This document shows positions 1 to 12,100 of a DNA stretch of 64,000 bases, in pieces. Numbering within the stretch: the stretch's first letter is position 1; every line of letters begins with the position of its first letter. Position numbers and translations under genes: made by a program. The stretch is from Klebsormidium nitens. Taxonomy: Eukaryota; Plantae; Klebsormidiophyceae. The notes under the pieces were generated by a model. That model did no database searches and had not been told where the DNA came from. It saw only the letters and a list, made by a program, of their open reading frames with translations. Location of the stretch: contig DF237327.1 in the NCBI GenBank assembly GCA_000708835.1, positions 25,695-89,694 of the forward strand, written 5' to 3'.

Positions 1-3000
1 ATGCAAGAGGAGGTGAGACGGACGTCAGTGCGACCCGGATATGAAGCTCTGCAAGTACCTTTAAGGTGGCGTGCGCGACACGCCCCTTGTCAGGCCCAAG
101 ATGCCGATGGCACTGTTCCGCCCCCAGTTCGATGCGGCCGGCAAAAGCCGTACGTCCTTCTCGTGGCGGTTTGACGAGCATTTTCGTCGCTCCGGTTATG
201 GGGACCCGACGCCCCCTTTCAGCTGCATGCGTTTGACGGCACAACGAGTGCATCCGAGCATTTGTGTGGCTCATTCCAGTCCCTTGAAAGCTCGCACATC
301 AGCAGGTGTTCAAGCTTTCTCCGAGGAAGTACTTGTCGTCACGTTCTCCGGTAATCTATCAATCGACCCTTGCCAGATTGCTTTCTCTTTTATGACGCAA
401 GCCCAGAACGAAAAAACCAACAGGGTGCCGTTATCGAGGGTCTTAGGACAGTTCTGTGTTTATAGTGTGGCAGCTCTCGGGAGGACCTGTGCGTAATCTG
501 AGGGCAACTCAGTGACCTTCAACCCGTCAACCCTGAGAAGAGGTCGTACATGAACCTCTTTGCACCTTCAGTTACATGCGAAGGGCTAGAAAGAGAGGGC
601 ATAAATTTCTGGTTTATAAATCTGAACGTGCACCTTGGCACTCGCAGTTGCGTGACGTCAAGCTGAAGGTGCTGACGGGGCTGCCAACGTCGACGGATGA
701 GGAGCGCGCGGAGTTTGAGCAGCTGGCCAAGGACCTTAAGGTTGGGCTTTTGGGGTTTCAGGGTTTCCCGATTCTGGGTTTTGAGGATTTCAAGGTTACG
801 GGTTTCAGCGTTTTAGGTGGATACGCAATTTAACCGCAGTTGTGTAAGGCTTCGCTGATCTGAACAATTGCGTTCTTGTGCTTGCCAAACTACACTGCGT
901 GACGAGCCAGCGTAGATTCCTGGAATACCCTTTTTCAGGAGCCAAAACGCGCACAGCCTTTCAAAATAACACGTTCTGCCCACCTTCTGACCATATTCGT
1001 TCTGAAACCATTTCGTGAGACGGCTCTGCGAGACTCAGTGGTCGGTTCCTGATGGGCTATGTGGTTGAAGATTCGCTCGAAGTTCGGCATCTTTTGCAGG
1101 AGGAATGCAGCAGAATCTTGAGTAGTATATAGAAACGTAAAACGCTAGAGGCTGTCAGGTATGGAAGCGCACGCCTCACAGCAGACCCGCATCTCCAGAC
1201 GACACTGGCACGTCAGTAATCCCTCCGTTTCACGCTGTCAAATCAGGAACTGTCAAATCGTTCCGATCCTAGCAGGCCAGTAAACCCCCCCGTTTTGACG
1301 TCACTTTGTTCCGCAGGCGGAATACCCGAGCCACGTGCCCTTGTTTGTGGAGCTGCTCCACAAGGTGGACGGAACCAAGGAGAAGCGGCGCGCAGTTCTG
1401 CCTGAGGTGCGGACGCTTTTCCTGCTAGTGATTGGATCGTTTGCCAAACTCTCAGATATTAGTTCTCTGATCTGTGATGACGGAAATCAATTATCGACTC
1501 TCTGAGTCTGTGATGAGATGCTGGAAGTCGTAGCATCGGTAAGTTAAAGCGAAGCCTTCGACAAGTCGTCGAACGAAGCGGTTTTGAACCTAGCGGTTTG
1601 GAGGCGCTCCGCAGTTCGGTCGTCTCCAAACTTCTTGGTTGAACGTCAATTCTTCTTCGCCAGAGGCCCTCTGAACAGTTGCGTTACCAGCATCGATCCG
1701 GGAGCCGCGTGTCCAAATAATGATAAAAGTCTCTTGTTTACTTATCGGTTTACTCAATCACGACCTTCTCGTCACCGCAGGTTGTTGCGGCGGCTGACAA
1801 GGTGATCAGCCTCATTGACACCAAGGTGCTGGCGGACTGGTTCGCGCAGAAGAGCGAGCCCGAGGGAGAAGACGCTGCCAAGGTGAGGGCCGCGCAACCA
1901 CAGCGGATAGAGAAGCGGCGTTCTCATCGCCTACGACTTTGTAATCAGGGGCTAGTTTTTTGGCACTGCTTTCAAATGGTGTCAGCCTCTAGGCTGCGAT
2001 CCGCCAAAAGGGATGGTTATCCATTTTCTGCTCTGTTTGACCCGATTGTGCTGTAGTAGGTCCCAACTGAAAACAAGGCCGCTTAAATGGGGAACGTTCG
2101 GACAGTATCGTAAGTAGTTGGCCCATGGCTGGCTGAGTTTTGTGCCGCCCTTCACTAGATAATAGACTGGATGCTGCCGTAATATTGCCTGGATTTTGTA
2201 ACCGGAGTTGGAAAAACCTATCGCTTGACGAATCCGAAACGAACGCGCATGAATCCGCATTTCGCTTCTCAGCTCAACTTTGGCGACCAGCACTATATCA
2301 ATACCGATTTTGCTCCACTGCAGTTGAAGAAAGAGCACGAGAGTAATCGCGACATCTTGGTGGACGCTTTAACTAGAAAGGGGCTCGCGCTGGCGGAGCT
2401 GGAGGAACCCGAGAAGGACGAGGTGAGCCCCGCCGCTTACGACTTCTTGAGGAAGCAAAGTCGGCCGAGGCAGACTGCGGGTTCAATGTATAAGGAGTCC
2501 GAACCGTTTTGTAGCTCTTAGCGTATCATTGCTGGCGCAAGAACCATAAGATTGATGAACCCTCTTCTTCTTTGCAGAGAAAGTGGATGTTTGGGCTTTC
2601 GTTCTTCAGTATAGTTCCCTTACTAGAAGATTTGGAGTGGCCTGCCAACAAAAGAGGACGGTTTGTTCATAAAATTTTTGATCATTGTCTCCCTATGTAT
2701 CTCTTTCGATGTCGTCAAATGGATGTAGAAATATACAGGGCAACATGGTTTGAACTTTCACACCACCTTGAACCGTAAGCGAAGCTTTTCAGGTTCGCTC
2801 AGGTCCGCTCCCCATGTCCTTCGTTCAGGGGTTGGAACATTTCTGCGCAAGCTGACTCTTCGGTGACGTCAGGAAGTTTGTAAACTCTTCGCCTGACAGC
2901 TTCTCGATTCCTGAGCAGCAAAAACTTGGCTTTTTCTCCAGGCTGCCTCCAAGAAGAAGAAAGCCAAGCCGTCCGAGCAATCGGTGCACGGACCTACCAA

Positions 3001-4315
3001 ATTTGAGGACAAGACGCCCGAAGCGTCCGAATCAATACCTGCGCTGTCCAATACGCAAACGGACACGACAGCTGCGTCCGCTGAAGTCGAGGGGCTCTCG
3101 AAGACGTCGAAAAAGCCGGCCAAGGAGGCCGAGGCGAAAATGGAAGTGGGGAGCGGAACCGGAACGCAAGCGGAAGCCGATGCGTTCGAGGAGAACTTCC
3201 GCGAGCTGCGGAAATGGGTGGACACGAGTTTGGCCAAGCACGGCATGCTGGTGTACAAGCGCGAGAAGCGCGCGGGGCGGCTGGGCCACGCACTCAAGGT
3301 GGGCTTTCTACGATATTTTGAAATATTTGCAGCCACAATTTTGCAGCTACAGTTTCTTGTAGCTAGAGTTGTACAGTATCAGAGCCCCAGTTGTGCCAAC
3401 TTTCGAATAAAAATCTGCTTACGTTTAGGAGTTCTGCCAGCTGTCAGAGGTTTCCGAACCAAAAACGTGCGGGGGGCCTGCAACAAGCGCTCCAGATGGG
3501 CGCTCTGAAGCCCTGGGATGACGTGTTACGCTTGGGCTTTGCGTTGGAGTCGCTTAGGGTTTTGCTTAGGGCTTGCTTTGGGTTTGCTTCTGAATTTCGC
3601 TTGATTTGCTTGGGTTTGCTTTTGGGTTTCGCTCAGGGTTGCTTGGCGATTCGCTCAAAAAGCCTAGGGTTTCGGAGGTCTGCTAGTCGGTGTACTTACT
3701 GCACAGTCTCAATTGGAGCCAGTTACGCCTTCTCTTTCAACTATCACTGCACGACCATCCTATCCTAGAGCTTTAGGACTTGAACCCCTAATGTTGCTTA
3801 GAAGTGGCAACGTGTCCTTTCGTTATGGAATGTTGGCACTTAGCAAGGAGGCTCGATATCTTTTAGAGGGGTATCGAGCTCGACGGGTTATCCCACGCTT
3901 TTCCAGACTCCTGCAGTCTGCTTGACTCGTCAAATAGGCAACCTGTTTGCTTCTTCCCATGGAAAAGCTTGCTATTCGCGCATCACGCGCGTTTCTGAAC
4001 GACGAGAACCACGTTTAGATTGCGCCAGTTCATGTTTGCTGACATGCAAGGGCGTTGTCAAAGCAACCACCCAAATTTCTCACCGAAGTGCATGACGGTC
4101 TAAAAGACGCCAGCGATCCTCTTTGTCTCATAGTTACTTGACTTCCACGAATGCAGGCCCTGAACAAGGCGATTGATGACGACAGCAAGGCCACCGAGCG
4201 GTCAGCCTACGAGGCCCGGGCGGAGCTGTACGACCTTCTGGGATGGCCGCAATGGGCGAACTACGAGAGAAGCTGGCTCAGGATACGGTTTCCGGGCAGT
4301 TACCCGCTGTTCTAA
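1..4315 (+). CDS. TPP2: Tripeptidyl-peptidase II, C-terminal part (5' portion lies upstream of the window)
   Basis: Phase-0 GT-AG exons 1-12, 648-740, 1317-1406, 1781-1882, 2324-2422, 2942-3298, 4157-4315. They give ...LRDVKLKVL...AEYPSHVPLF...VVAAADKVISLID...RDILVDALTRKGLALA...FEENFRELRKWVD...REKRAGRLGHALK...LGWPQWANYERSWLRIRFPGSYPLF*. This matches the recalled plant TPP2 C-terminus (FEENFKELTKWVD...YEKQWMQVRFPKSLPLF). Confidence 0.93.
741..835 (+). repeat. Degenerate telomere-like (T)nAGGG/(T)nGGG tract right after a TPP2 splice donor
   Basis: gttgggctttttggggtttcagggtttcccgattctgggttttgaggatttcaaggttacgggtttcagcgttttaggtgg. Confidence 0.55.
3520..3680 (+). repeat. Degenerate telomere-like TTAGGG/TTTGGG tract in the last TPP2 intron
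   Basis: Repeated variants cttagggtttt, cttagggctt, ctttgggttt, cttgggttt, ttttgggtttc, ctcagggtt, cctagggtttc. Confidence 0.6.
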
Positions 4316-5379
4316 AAACGGAACGCCTCAATGAGCCTCTGCGGGGGGTACGGGCCGCCTGAAAAGTGGAGACGAGCTCTCCAGTCTCTTTCGTCTTTTA
4401 TTGTGCAAGCAACTATGTTGATAAAAGTATCGGCGCTTGTTCAAGCTCCAGCGATCATGTCTGGGATCCCGACCAGTCGTCATGTCAAAATCAGTACACC
4501 CCTGAATGATTTCCTTTTTGCAGACCCACAACCATGCCATGTACACGACTGCCAAGTTGGCATTAACGATCGCCGACCACGATGCGATTGGGACTCGCGA
4601 TGGAATAGATGTGTCCATGATGCCAGGTTGAAGCTGCGCAGTTGATAAATTAAGGCTGACGATTTCAACCGAACCAATTGGTGAGGCGGGTACGCCTAGC
4701 ACGAGTCAGGCAAATCTTGCGAATGCACAGCTCTGACTGAAGTGATCATGTACTGATTCAGGCGGCCGGATCGAGTCGTGACTGAATTTCCGATGGCGCA
4801 CATGTGGCACTAGCCGGAGCAGATCGTACGATCTTATTGCGAAACTTATTGTCATATCATTGAAACTCGAACTTCCAGAGATTTCTTGGCCCCAAGATAC
4901 TATAATTAAACCACGTCACAATTAGGACTTAGCAACGGAGTTCGCTGCATGGACGTCCATGCAGGCGTGAATGGTATAAATGTTGACTCATTGTCTCTCG
5001 CTCTCGCAAATGACACGCCAGGCTTTCCAATTACTTCTTTCTTTGTTTGGACAAGGCATTAATTGATCACCAGATTGAACGTTTCGCAGTACGCCTCGTC
5101 CGGCGTTCATTTGGGCGCGGCGGCATGATTGGGAAATGATTGAAACGTACTAAGATATATGCTAGCAGCACTTATAGCAGAGCTTCAAGCTGTTGTGTTA
5201 TTGAAAAAGGTCGGATCGGATCATGCTAAAGGGTTCTGACTGAAGCTAGACCGTGCATGACTCACGGTATCATCCGATGGTCAAGCAGATTTATGTTTGG
5301 ATCATGATTCCAATTGCAACTTACTAGATCCGCATGCAAGAGCTTTAGTATGCTCAGGCAAACTTGCCCCAGCTAGCTA

Positions 5380-5670
5380 CCGTAGTCCAACGTGATGATT
5401 CCGAACGATTTTATTTCGAATTATTTTCCAACAATCCGACCAGGAAAGCGGAATTATTTATGCAGATTCCGACAACAATCCGAATGCCCTATGTTCCCCG
5501 TAAGAAGGGGATTTTTAAGGGCCATTTTGGCCGTTTTGGGGCTTCCGAGGACCATTCTAGAATTATTTAACCTTTCCGAATTTTCACTTTCCGAACGAGA
5601 ATTCCGAATATCTGACTTTCCGAATGCAGATAATTATTTATTTATTCGGAATCATTACCTTGGACTACGG
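5380..5670. mobile_element. MITE, Tc1/mariner-pogo type (291 bp, terminal inverted repeats, TA target-site duplication)
   Basis: The left end is TA|ccgtagtccaacgtgatgattccgaa. The reverse complement of the right end is TA|ccgtagtccaaggtaatgattccgaa (24/26 identical, plus flanking TA at 5378-5379 and 5671-5672). The interior is AT-rich with repeated ttccgaa/aattattt motifs and no ORF. Confidence 0.85.
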
Positions 5671-6036
5671 TACGTATCGAACGGGACGACGGTATACTCG
5701 TATGTAAAGTAAGTATTAAGAGACAGTCACTCAGTTTCTGAATTAGTCCACTATTCAACAAACTCATGTCGGACAATCGTCCTTGACTTTCTCATGCCTA
5801 ACTTATAGCTGTTAACCTCAGTGCGCAGCCTCTACTAATCTTCACTTAATTAATATTTGTTACAAGTTCTAACTTTACGTTTTAAGGCTTGCATGCAATC
5901 ACTGATTTCAGGATTCTTACACCCGTTATACCTGACTGTTCACTAGGTTCTCGACAGCATTTCTGTCCGATCAGATGTTTGTGTTCTCGTGTGCACACGA
6001 GCTTAAAAGATTAAAAATCTAGATAGCGCTTGCAAT

Positions 6037-7473
6037 TTAGGCTAGCTTTACATTTGATACTGAGCAGCTCTTGCTGAGAAGCTGCCGTGTGCTGGGGTCG
6101 ATGCTCAAAGTGCACTTCAGGGTACCCTGCAGCAGTTGGACAAGGAGATGTGTCAGCCACAACTTTGACACTTCAATGATTGCGCTCGAAACCAGTACTT
6201 TGTTAGAGCTTAGACTCTTGCTTTATATGCACAGCGGCTCTTATGGTCCTGTATGCAACAGAGCTATGACACTACAACACTCATCTGGACTTGTATCTGT
6301 ACATAAAACGTGAGGTTGCTCACTTGGCATAGTGCTTATTCCCAGTGACCAACACCAGCAGGTAATGGAGAGCGAATGTGAAAAGTCCACTGCATTGACA
6401 GGAGTTTTACGAGAGGCCCATCTTTTGTGGGGTCCTACAGGACCCCGTACGATGTAACTGGGCCAGTGCCTTATGCTCTTGTGCGTATGAGATCTTTCAA
6501 CTAGAGACCAATCCGGAGATAGAGACCAATCAACCTTGAAGGGGCGTCACTCACCTGGAAAGGGGGTGAGGTGATGCCCCAGATCTTCACGTTCCCCTTG
6601 ATAACACTGTTGGTTGCTAGCGGCACTGAACCGTTGTTGTACGCTGCAAATAAAGTTGATGGAAAGGTAAACATCCAGCCAAAACCTACATTCATTTGTT
6701 GCTTCCATATTGTCACCTCAAAAGCACTACAGAAGCTGGGATGCAAGCACCTCAATCATGCTTGTGGCCAATTGATGGGGAGCTGCGGTGCTGGCTTCTG
6801 GATCTGGGAGTGGGGAAATCACGCAGAACAGCCATGCTAGCTTAGATGGAGCTAGCTAGGTGACAAACAACGAGTCACCTTCTGGTGCAATAACAAGAAT
6901 CTGGAAGGTGCAACAAGACCAAGAGCCAGGAGTTTTACCTGCCAAGAAGTTGCTGGACTCGCTCAGTAGATCCACGTTGGCTATGGAGGCGCTTATGGTC
7001 ACATTCTTCTCTGAGTTCTTGCCTTGTGTAAATGCGGGGATGAACGCTTGGCCGATCTGTCTTGTTTGGAAGAAGAGGTCTACTGTGCTATTCTTCACGT
7101 TGATCTCTAGCCGATTGGGGTTCTTAGTGAGCAGATTGAGAGCTAAGCTTGAGGTCAGGAAGAGCGTGGCATTCCCGTCTGTGCTACTGTTTCCTTGCGC
7201 TACTGAGAAATCTTGCACTGAGGCGCTGGTTATGCTGTACGATGGGGACTTTGGCTTCAACACAAGGTAGCCGACAAGTGCTAAGATGCCGAGAGCTAGG
7301 ATGATGAGAAAGAGAAGGATGCAGAGAGAACAACACAAGCCTCTACAGGAGCACCACCCCCTCTTCTCCCTCTTGTATTGGCGCACAGCAGGATTTGGAA
7401 GGCCGTCGTCATGGAACTTGCTGTTAGGCCCATAGGTCCCTTGGTTCCCATTGGAAACATAGGCGCCATTCAT
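6037..7473 (-). CDS. NDR1/HIN1-like (LEA_2 domain) single-pass membrane protein
   Basis: Exons 7473-6939, 6643-6555, 6126-6037, phase-consistent. Cys-rich juxtamembrane segment (WCSCRGLCCSLC), TM helix followed by LKPKSPSYSI, the NPN motif (LTKNPNRL), the IPAFTQG motif, and a C-terminal C-x-L...C (KCTLSIDP...SKSC), all typical of the NHL family. Confidence 0.85.
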
Positions 7474-9138
7474 GATGGCTTCGGGGCTGGAGTCACTGCA
7501 CAAAACCCGCCTCGTAAGCAGAAAAGCAGCTAGACCTGTGGCAGAGGGAAAGGAACGTTGCGCTTTGGCAGATTGAACTGTATTCTAGATGCTCAGGTTC
7601 ACGGGGAATGAACCTCAACTTTGAAAGAAGAGCTTTTTAAAGGCAGACTCCAAAATCTGGTGCTGAAGCCACCTCTGTTCAAGCCGTTTGCCTTGCTCGC
7701 CTCGACTTTTACGTCTCAAAGCTTGGGCTTTCCCTCAACTTTCCCTAAGCTGTAGGAGACCGCTCTTGATCTGGAGTCCTCCCCCAGATTTGCTGAAGTA
7801 CTAGCTCAAAGAACCTGGGAGCCTTGGTAATATCACCTGGGAGGAGGTCTGCCCCAGACATATGCAGGTGTTCCTGCACACTCCCTTCAGATTCGCACAG
7901 GGCGCATCTTGCAGTAAAGTGCACAGCAGTTTCCTGTTGAAGCAGGAGACATTTTTTGGGAGAAGGGGAGCAGCCGTGCAGAATTCAAGCAGCCGCCACT
8001 TGTCACTCGGGATCCCCCAGAAATTCTTTGGTCAAACCTGGGTACTTTTGCGCTTGTGCTCGGGGGAAAACCACCGGGTTAATTCTTGGCGGTGGTACCG
8101 GTAAAACGCAAGCAAGTGACCAGGAAAAGCTCCACCAGCATCGCGTTGACCGTGGAACCAGACGTACGGGTTTTTCGCGGGGCCTGGGCAGTGCCAGTGG
8201 GGCCTAGAGGCTAGAACTTAGGTAGTGTTGTCATAAGCTTAGGTTGTGTTGTCATACCGGTAGGTACTTATTATTCATCAAGGCCCTGACTCAGACTCAA
8301 GAGTCAGAGTCCAGTCTGGACTCTAGAGTACCGTACCTAGACTTGACTTAGCTAAGTGACGGACCAGGACGGTACTGTTCTGTGGCTGTGCTCTAGCTAT
8401 TCAGGTTCAGGTTCAGGTTTTCCAATAATGCAAGCATCATCGTGCGGTTGATTCTACCTGGTAGCTTAGCAGGGCTGCTGCAAGCGCCGTGCTTGGGCGA
8501 GCCAACAGAGAAGGGTGGAAGAATACAGTTCCTGTATGCGCACGTGCCTCAGACTCCTCCCAGCTGGTGGGACAGGCAAGGTGAGTTGCAGCATAAGGAC
8601 CTCACTTGCCGCTCTTACAGTATGTTGTGCCCCTGGCGTTTGCTAATAATGGACCGGAATGTCACATCTTTAAGCAGCTGCTTGCTGATGAAGAACTTGT
8701 GACCATTTCACACCTTTGCAGGCCAATAGCTCCAAGCTTCTAGTATGCACTTGTCTTTGCGATTCCAGATGGCGCCTCCCTATGGTACAGCAGCAAGGGA
8801 GCTCTCATGATCCTGCATAAATCCCATTCTGTAGAGTTATACCTGCACAGCATACAAGAAGCACCTCTGATCATGCCTTGCACTTCGACGCTTCTGCAAA
8901 GCATCCTCTGCCAGTCCTGACTGTGAATCTTTGGACTTGCAGGATCCAAGACTCCGCTGATTGGGGGTCACCGCATTGATAGGATATTGCGGGCAGCAAT
9001 GCTGATGGCCTTTCGTCATTCAGCAGGTCTGCCCTAGCTCTCAACCTCAGACATTGGATTCCGCTGATTAAGCGATGCTAGGGCCTCCGTAGGGCCTGTT
9101 TCTCTGGCCATTCCAATCCCTCAATCGCGTCCCCAGTC

Positions 9139-12100
9139 ATGGCAACCAGGCAGGGGGAGGCGTCCGTCAGCAATGAAGACGGAACTGCTGTGTCCGAAAC
9201 CCCCTTGGACGCATTGGGGAAGGCAGAAGCTGCAGCCGACGCAGCCGCATTTGTTGCAGGCAAGCTGGAGGATCTCCGGAAGGCAGTGGAAAACAACAAG
9301 GACTCCTTTGACAAGGCATTTGCCAGTGCGTTGACGGGGGTGCTGAATGGCCTGACCGCGGTGCCCTATGTTGGGATTGTAGCGCAGATGGCCAAGTCGG
9401 TGCTGGAGCACGTTCACAACCACTCGGCCGTGCCTAGGAAATTGGCAAAAATGCTTAGGTGGTTCCAGGAGCAGGATTTGGACAGGGTCCTTGGGAGCGT
9501 GCCGCAAGGAGCGGCCTCGCTGCTAGAGTTGAAGAAGACCATGGTGGAGGCAGATCTAATCGCACAGACGATCAAAGGGAAGGGCTGGGGCAACCGCTTC
9601 TTCCTTGCGGCGCCCTATGAGGCGGAGCTGAAGGGAAAGCTGGGCAGTTTGAAGGAGGTGAGGGCCAACTTTCCGCTGGAAGCGACCTGTGACAATGTTG
9701 AAATGTTAATTTCGGTACTAGCGCTTTTGCAGTCAAGCAGACCGGAAGCAACCGCAGCCAAGCACAATGTGCCGGAGGTGGGCCCTTTTTTTGTGGGGCG
9801 GGAGGAGGTCCTTAAGGAGATGTCCGACGCGCTGTGGGGGGGTGCAGAGACCAGCGCAGGCTCCCGTATAATTGTGTGCCTCTGGGGGATCGAGGGCATT
9901 GGGAAGACAGAGCTGGCGTGCAAGTACTCCCACGAAAATCTGAGCCGGTACGGGAAGGTGCTGTGGGTCGACGTCCAACGCAAAGGGGCGCAGGGGGGCT
10001 ACGCGGCTTCAGGGGGGGATGTCTTGGGGTTGACCCAAGGTCCCGGCGAGCAACTAGAGGACTACGTGAAGCGGGTCAGGCTGACGCTGGAGAATCAAAC
10101 GGAGCCTTTCCTTCTGGTTTTTGACGGGGCTGGTGGGGAAACCCTGTCGGAGCTGCAGGCGTTGTTGCCAGGAGAGCGCCAGGCGTGCCACGTGCTCGTC
10201 ACGACTGCGGACGATCTGGCTCTGCGGCAACATGGGGCGGTGCCAGTGGCTGTAGAAAGTCTTGGTAGGGACGAGGCGCAGGCGCTGCTGAAACGGGAGC
10301 TGATTATGGAGAGCGCATCGCGGAGTGGGGAAATCCTCGATGAAGTGGCAAAGCGGCTGGGGTATCTTACGATTGCTTTGACAGGAGCGGCTTCTTTGCT
10401 GGAACGGCGCTTGTTCGAGCGCAATCCGTTCGAAAAGTTTCTAGCAGAGGTGGGCGAGCTTGGAGGTGTGGGGCCGGCGAACAGAGTGTTGGGGCTCAAT
10501 CTTCGCTTCCTGGAAAGAGGAATTCCCCTCGGGCCCAACATTGTGGTGCTCCAGTTTGCCTTTTACATTGCCATGGTATCCGGGTGGTTTGGGGAAGGGC
10601 CTGTTCGCATCGAGCCTTTGCTGGAAGCAGCAAAAAGGTAAAGTGTCAAGACAGCGCCTTGCAAGTCTGCTTCGGATCAGATGAAGTGTGAATGAAAATG
10701 CATAGGCATCTGCATGTCGAATAGTTGCCGACATCGTTTGCCTTGCAAGCAGGGTACTTGACGGGGAAAGCTTTTTCAGTTGAGATACCAACTCGAGAAC
10801 CACAGTGACAGTTGCCTTGTTAACATGGATGGGAGCCCAGAAGATGCGTTTTCAAACCTGTTTTGCTTGACAAGTACAGGGTGATTAGAGATCTAGATAT
10901 GCAGATTTCCTGTCCCCATAGCCTGAGGTGGGACAACTGAGTTCAAAAAAGATTCTTTCCTTCTCCCAAGAGCACCTGCTCACAACAATCATGATATGTC
11001 ACTTCCCGCTTGTGATGTTTCAAAGACGGCCTTTTATATTGTAGTGCTGTGACAGTAATAAGCCAGCCATAGTCGGAGCCTCGGACTCTGATTTTCCTAC
11101 TTACACAAAGAGACAAATAGCAATGCGTTTTGCAGGCTGGTTGCGGCAGTCCGCGCAGAGACGGAAGCGAGTGACGACGAAGCAAACATTGAGTTGGACA
11201 TGATCTACCATTCTCTGCCCACTCAACGAACAGCAGAGGCTGAAGAAGGTGCTGAACAAAGTAGGTCGCACCTCGTTTACACCATGGTCAATCATTTGCT
11301 AAGAGAGTGACCACACAAACCACTAGCCGAACACAAAGCGGCTTTGCAACTGGGCAACTTCGATCAGTTTTGGGTCTCGGATTACAATCTTCACCTCTTT
11401 ACATCCAACGAATGCGACTCTTGGTGACAATCTGTACTGTGCGCATTCAATGCAGACTTTATTCCAAAATCTGTCACGGAACTTGGTTTGGAAGTGCAGA
11501 CCGTCCATTTGCATCGTTTTAATGATCTAGAGGTCAGAGACTTCTTCGTTTCCCGGTTTTGCCGAAGCCCCCTCCACCCACCTGGCTGCGCTGAACTCTC
11601 TCTCTGAAAAATTACGCACGAACACAGGAGAATGTCAGTCCCAGATTCTCTGCAAACTTTCTTGGGAAGACCATTAGAACAGGACGTAAACAAAGTTCGC
11701 CTTGAAGAGTCCAAAATTGCTTTTCCGTGTTTTGGTGAGAGTCTTAGTGCGAGCCTAGGAATCTAGATTGGCTACTGCTTGCTACTAGATTCACCTGAAT
11801 ACAGTTGGGGTCTGGCTTTGAAAGAAGCTCCACGAAGTATGTTCGAAGTATTGATGCGCCCCGGCCAATCTCATGGCCAATCAGTTTGGTAAAGAGCTGA
11901 CACAAGATCATGGGTTTCTTTGCAGAAAAGGTTACCAGCTTGACCTTCCACGTGCTCTTTCTTGAGTACGTGAGGCGCCAGGACGGGGTGGACGCGGCCA
12001 GAGCGGCAACTCTGGCTACGGTTGCGGGCATGGAATGCGCCGCGGGAACATTGCAGCAGTTCCGGGGGGTTTGGAACGTGGTGGTCAAGCTTCTGGGCGC

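Noticed and set aside
2942-3180. Lys/Glu/Ala-rich insertion of about 70 aa in the TPP2 C-terminal region
   Set aside because: A low-complexity expansion in a linker that is already variable among TPP2 orthologues.
8215-8385. Cluster of short palindromes and duplications (gactcagactcaagagtcagagtc, gagtccagtctggactc, acttagctaagt, agtaccgt...acggtact)
   Set aside because: Possibly a collapsed MITE with TA|CCGT ends, but the arms are only about 8 bp, too short to support a call.
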